A stretch of 62,561 nt of DNA, taken from positions 1 to 62,561 of IMG/VR virus record IMGVR_UViG_3300045993_000669. One strand, 5' to 3'. Positions within the stretch are counted from its first letter, which is position 1. Each line of letters opens with the position of its first letter. Source of the stretch: a virus (lineage: Duplodnaviria; Caudoviricetes). A program made the translations under genes and the position numbers. Shown piece after piece: positions 59,393-62,561 of this stretch. The notes beneath the pieces were generated by a model. It was not told the origin of the DNA, did not search any database, and saw nothing but the letters and a program-made list of their open reading frames with translations.

Positions 59393-61280
59393 GACCACCA
59401 AGGGCTGGCTGCCGATCTTCCGGAAATACCTGAAGCACGCCCGCATCCAGTCCAAACACGCCGAATCCGATCCCGATGGCACCGGCTCCCCGCTCGAACT
59501 GTGGACATCGCAAACCCGCGCGATGACCGATATCCTCAACGGCCTCGATGACGGCAAACACGTTTTCTACATCCTGAAAAGCCGTCAGCTTGGCGTCACG
59601 ACCATTACGCTTCTGATCCTGATCTTCTGGCTCGCCCTGCATCCCAACACCATCGCCTGCCTCGTCACCGACGATGAAAAGAACGCCCGGAAGAACCGCG
59701 CCACCATTGAGTTCTATCTGAAGTCTCTCGCGCCCTTCATGGGAAATTCGTTCCATACCGTGAAGCCAACCAACCGCGGCGTCATCACCTTCTCGAACGG
59801 ATCGCGGCTCGATCTTCTCGTCGCGGGCAAGAGCAAGGAAAACTGGGGCGAAGGCGAAGGATATCTGGCAGCATTATTGACCGAGGTTTCCGCCTACGGA
59901 AAGGTCGAGGGCCTGGAGTCCTTCCGCCACGCCATGGCGCCCGATAATCCCCGCGCTCTCTACATTTACGAATCTACTGCGAAATCAATGAACCACTGGA
60001 AGGATATGTGGGAGGCCGCGCGTGAGGATGAATTTTCCTCCGTCTGCATCTTCGTCGGCTGGTGGGCAAATGATTTGCAGCGCATCGGAATACGGGACCG
60101 CAGATACAAAGCCTTCGGCTCACTACCGCCAACGCCCGATGAACAGGTGCTGATCGACGCGGTGAAAGACCAGTACGACTTCGATATCACGATGGAACAA
60201 CTGGCGTGGTACCGCTGGCAGCAGACCGTGCCAAGTTCCGGCGGCATGGACATGGATCAAAACCAAGCGTGGACCGAGTCTCAATGTTTCATACAGAGTG
60301 GCATTTCGTTCTTCCAGGTCCGGCTGGTGATGAAGCGCCGCGAGGAAATCACCAGCGCCGAACCCGCGATCGTCAGCGACGGCGGCTTTTCCTATGAGGG
60401 ATACACGTTCTACCTCGGTGACGATTACCATCTGTCGAAGGTGGAGAAATTGGACCCCGAGAAGCACACCTCCGCCGATGTCAAACTGCGCGTCTGGGAA
60501 CGCCCGGACCCAAACGGATATTACGTGATCGGCTGCGATCCGGCCTACGGACGAAGCGAACTCAACGACAATCACGGAATCCAAGTATGCAGGGCCTTCG
60601 GCGACAAACTGGTGCAGGTGGCCGAATGGGCCGACAACATCCCCGATACCCGCCATTGCGCCTGGGTCCTCGCATACCTCGCCGGCCAATATGCCAACTG
60701 CCGGATCAATATCGACATGACCGGCGGACCCGGCATGGCCGTGATGCAGCAGGTGGACGATCTGCGTATCAGGATGCGGTCAGAGGAATATGCCAAGAAG
60801 GCCGAGGGCTTTGAAGACTTCATGGGCGCCGCCTCCTGGTATCTGTACCGCCGAGTCGATAGCCCCGGCCCCGGCTTCGTCTACAACTCCAAGATCGGGC
60901 GTGATCTGAAATTCCGCTGGATGAACATCCTGCGCGATAGCTGGGTCACCAACCTGCTCGAACTCCGCTCGGTCCCCCTGCTCGACGAAATGGCCATCAT
61001 CCGCCAGGAAGACAGCAACATCGGCGCATCGGCCCCCGGGCGGCAGAGAGACGATCGCACCTTCGCCATGATGCTGGCCACGGTCACCTGGGTGGAAAAC
61101 CTCCGCAACGGCCTGATCGCCAACGGCGTCACGTGGGACCGCAACATGCCCGCGGCACCCCCATCGCCCATCGCCGAAAGCCTGAACCGGCGGATTTACT
61201 CCATCCTGCGCGCCCAGGCCGAAAACGACGACGCACCCCCCGCACGCGACTTCTGGGCACAGAGAGGGATTATTGCGTAA
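59385..61280 (+). CDS. terL: Terminase large subunit
   Basis: LKSRQLGVTT Walker A, LLTEVS Walker B, ESTA motif III, IGCDPAYG nuclease, RDDRTFA. Confidence 0.92.
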   Translation: MAKTTKGWLPIFRKYLKHARIQSKHAESDPDGTGSPLELWTSQTRAMTDILNGLDDGKHVFYILKSRQLGVTTITLLILIFWLALHPNTIACLVTDDEKNARKNRATIEFYLKSLAPFMGNSFHTVKPTNRGVITFSNGSRLDLLVAGKSKENWGEGEGYLAALLTEVSAYGKVEGLESFRHAMAPDNPRALYIYESTAKSMNHWKDMWEAAREDEFSSVCIFVGWWANDLQRIGIRDRRYKAFGSLPPTPDEQVLIDAVKDQYDFDITMEQLAWYRWQQTVPSSGGMDMDQNQAWTESQCFIQSGISFFQVRLVMKRREEITSAEPAIVSDGGFSYEGYTFYLGDDYHLSKVEKLDPEKHTSADVKLRVWERPDPNGYYVIGCDPAYGRSELNDNHGIQVCRAFGDKLVQVAEWADNIPDTRHCAWVLAYLAGQYANCRINIDMTGGPGMAVMQQVDDLRIRMRSEEYAKKAEGFEDFMGAASWYLYRRVDSPGPGFVYNSKIGRDLKFRWMNILRDSWVTNLLELRSVPLLDEMAIIRQEDSNIGASAPGRQRDDRTFAMMLATVTWVENLRNGLIANGVTWDRNMPAAPPSPIAESLNRRIYSILRAQAENDDAPPARDFWAQRGIIA

Positions 61281-61482
61281 TGATCACACGCCACCGCACC
61301 GGGGAAATCATCCCGCGCTGGAACGATAGGCCCGCCGACCGCTACATGGCCCATCCCGAACTGCGGGCCGCCACGATCCAGGTCCTCGCCGATCCCGGCC
61401 ATGTCTACGTGGTGACCGGGGGGAAAGTGCCCGAGACCGTCGCGGAAGCCGTGGCCATGGCCGCCAAATGGAAAGCCCCGAA

Positions 61483-61854
61483 ATGAAAAAGCCCATCGTG
61501 ATCATCGACGCCGTGGCCGAGCCGGAACCGGAAGGGGACGGGGGTATGGTGTTAACGGCCCCCCCGGAGGCCCCCTTAAGTGGGGACCCGGAAGCCGCCC
61601 CGGAAATCGAAGAGGGCTGGTTCCGGATGGACATCGCCCCCGTGGACGGCACGCTGATCGAAGTCCACGCCGGACCCGGAACAAGGGTGATCCAGGCCCG
61701 GTACCGCATCACACGCCGGCGCGAGCCGCAATTCCGCCAATGGGTTGTGGTGGGCTTCTGGGTCAACGCGATCACGGGCGAGGAACTGTCCTTCCATCCG
61801 GCCGCTTGGCGCCTGCCGGAAGGCTTCAACCAGCCAGGGATGATCCTCCCATGA
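61483..61854 (+). CDS. Hypothetical protein (DUF551-like motif)
   Basis: WFRMDIAPVDGTLI...PAAWRLP. Confidence 0.55.
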   Translation: MKKPIVIIDAVAEPEPEGDGGMVLTAPPEAPLSGDPEAAPEIEEGWFRMDIAPVDGTLIEVHAGPGTRVIQARYRITRRREPQFRQWVVVGFWVNAITGEELSFHPAAWRLPEGFNQPGMILP

Positions 61855-62296
61855 GCGCCAAGCAGCATTGGTTTGCCGTCGCGCTCCATAGTGCCGCCCT
61901 GCTGCCGGGATTGATCCTGATTCTGCTGCTGGCCGCCTGCGACCGCCCGCCCGGCCCGGCGCTTCAGGCGTGCCGCGGCATCCTCGGCCCCGATCCGCCG
62001 CACCTTCTGTCGAACATGCAGACCCGCATCGCGTTCAATCAGATGATGCGGCGTTGTATTAAGGAGCGCACCGCCTATGCCCAGCAATGAACAAGCCATG
62101 AGCAGGAAACCCGATCTAACGCGTCAAGACATGACGGACTTGTCGGCGGCAATCACACTGATCGCCGGTGTGGTCGTAAGGCTCGGATACGGGCGCGCAT
62201 CTGTCCATTGTGTGGACCTCGCACACGATCTGGTGGAGCGGACAGTCGGCCCCTGTGTGGCTCTGAAAGTGTGGACTGATACCGGAGGCGAAAGAA

Positions 62297-62561
62297 TTGA
62301 GTGACCGGATCAAACATGAACACTGGTTCAGGTGTAAAGCCTGCGCGAATCGGTTCCACGTCACCCGTCTGACCGCCGATCCGGCCAAGGTGAAAACGCC
62401 CAAATGCCCGCGCAAGTCCTGCGGCGGCAAATCCCGCGAAAGCCATGTCCCCGATATCGGCTTCGACGCCGCCGAGGGCAAAGCACCCGCCGTGGGAGGC
62501 TCCCTGTCCGGACGCGCCTTCGATTATGCCATGCAGACCACCATGGCCGATCACGGCATGA
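62297..62561 (+). CDS. 5' part of Zn-ribbon protein (continues at 267)
   Basis: GGAGG then TTG; HWFRCKAC...CPRKSC. Confidence 0.7.
   Translation, partial: MSDRIKHEHWFRCKACANRFHVTRLTADPAKVKTPKCPRKSCGGKSRESHVPDIGFDAAEGKAPAVGGSLSGRAFDYAMQTTMADHGM
62435..62561. repeat. Exact 127-bp terminal direct repeat, copy 2
   Basis: Identical to 140-266. Confidence 0.95.

Noticed and set aside
1-62561. tRNA, rRNA, integrase, DNA/RNA polymerase and reverse transcriptase genes
   Set aside because: No recognisable signatures by eye; a tRNAscan or HMM search would be needed to exclude them fully.

Overview
Essentially complete ~62.3 kb GC-rich tailed dsDNA phage genome with a podovirus-like (P22/T7-type) virion module. 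It is circular or permuted: 140-266 is an exact 127-bp copy of 62435-62561. A GcrA homologue points to an alphaproteobacterial host. Layout: terminase (59.4-61.3 kb), portal/scaffold/capsid/tail/ejection/fibre genes (0.6-25.8 kb), holin-like and membrane genes, a leftward recombination block (YqaJ exonuclease, DnaQ-like exonuclease, ERF), a rightward block (HTH, GcrA, RuvC-like, MTase, DnaB, initiator with iterons), and a leftward early block (ParB-like, DUF932). No integrase or endolysin was recognised. The main find is at 38.8-40.7 kb: a Cas7/RAMP-like gene and a coupled partner gene flanked by arrays of GGC-NN pentamers, which are punctuated into 6-13-pentamer units by a GGCA tetramer. The variable NN dinucleotides, read as codon positions 1-2, spell plausible phage protein motifs. 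This suggests an RNA-guided system with a gapped, wobble-skipping code, resembling what I recall being reported as VIPR systems. Other notable items: an ~800-nt putative structured ncRNA, a 14-aa Arg-rich micropeptide in the head operon, a PEP-CTERM protein, a sulfotransferase-GNAT fusion, an antisense LAGLIDADG endonuclease and repeated long stem-loop leaders. All family calls come from motif recognition by eye; no database searches were run.
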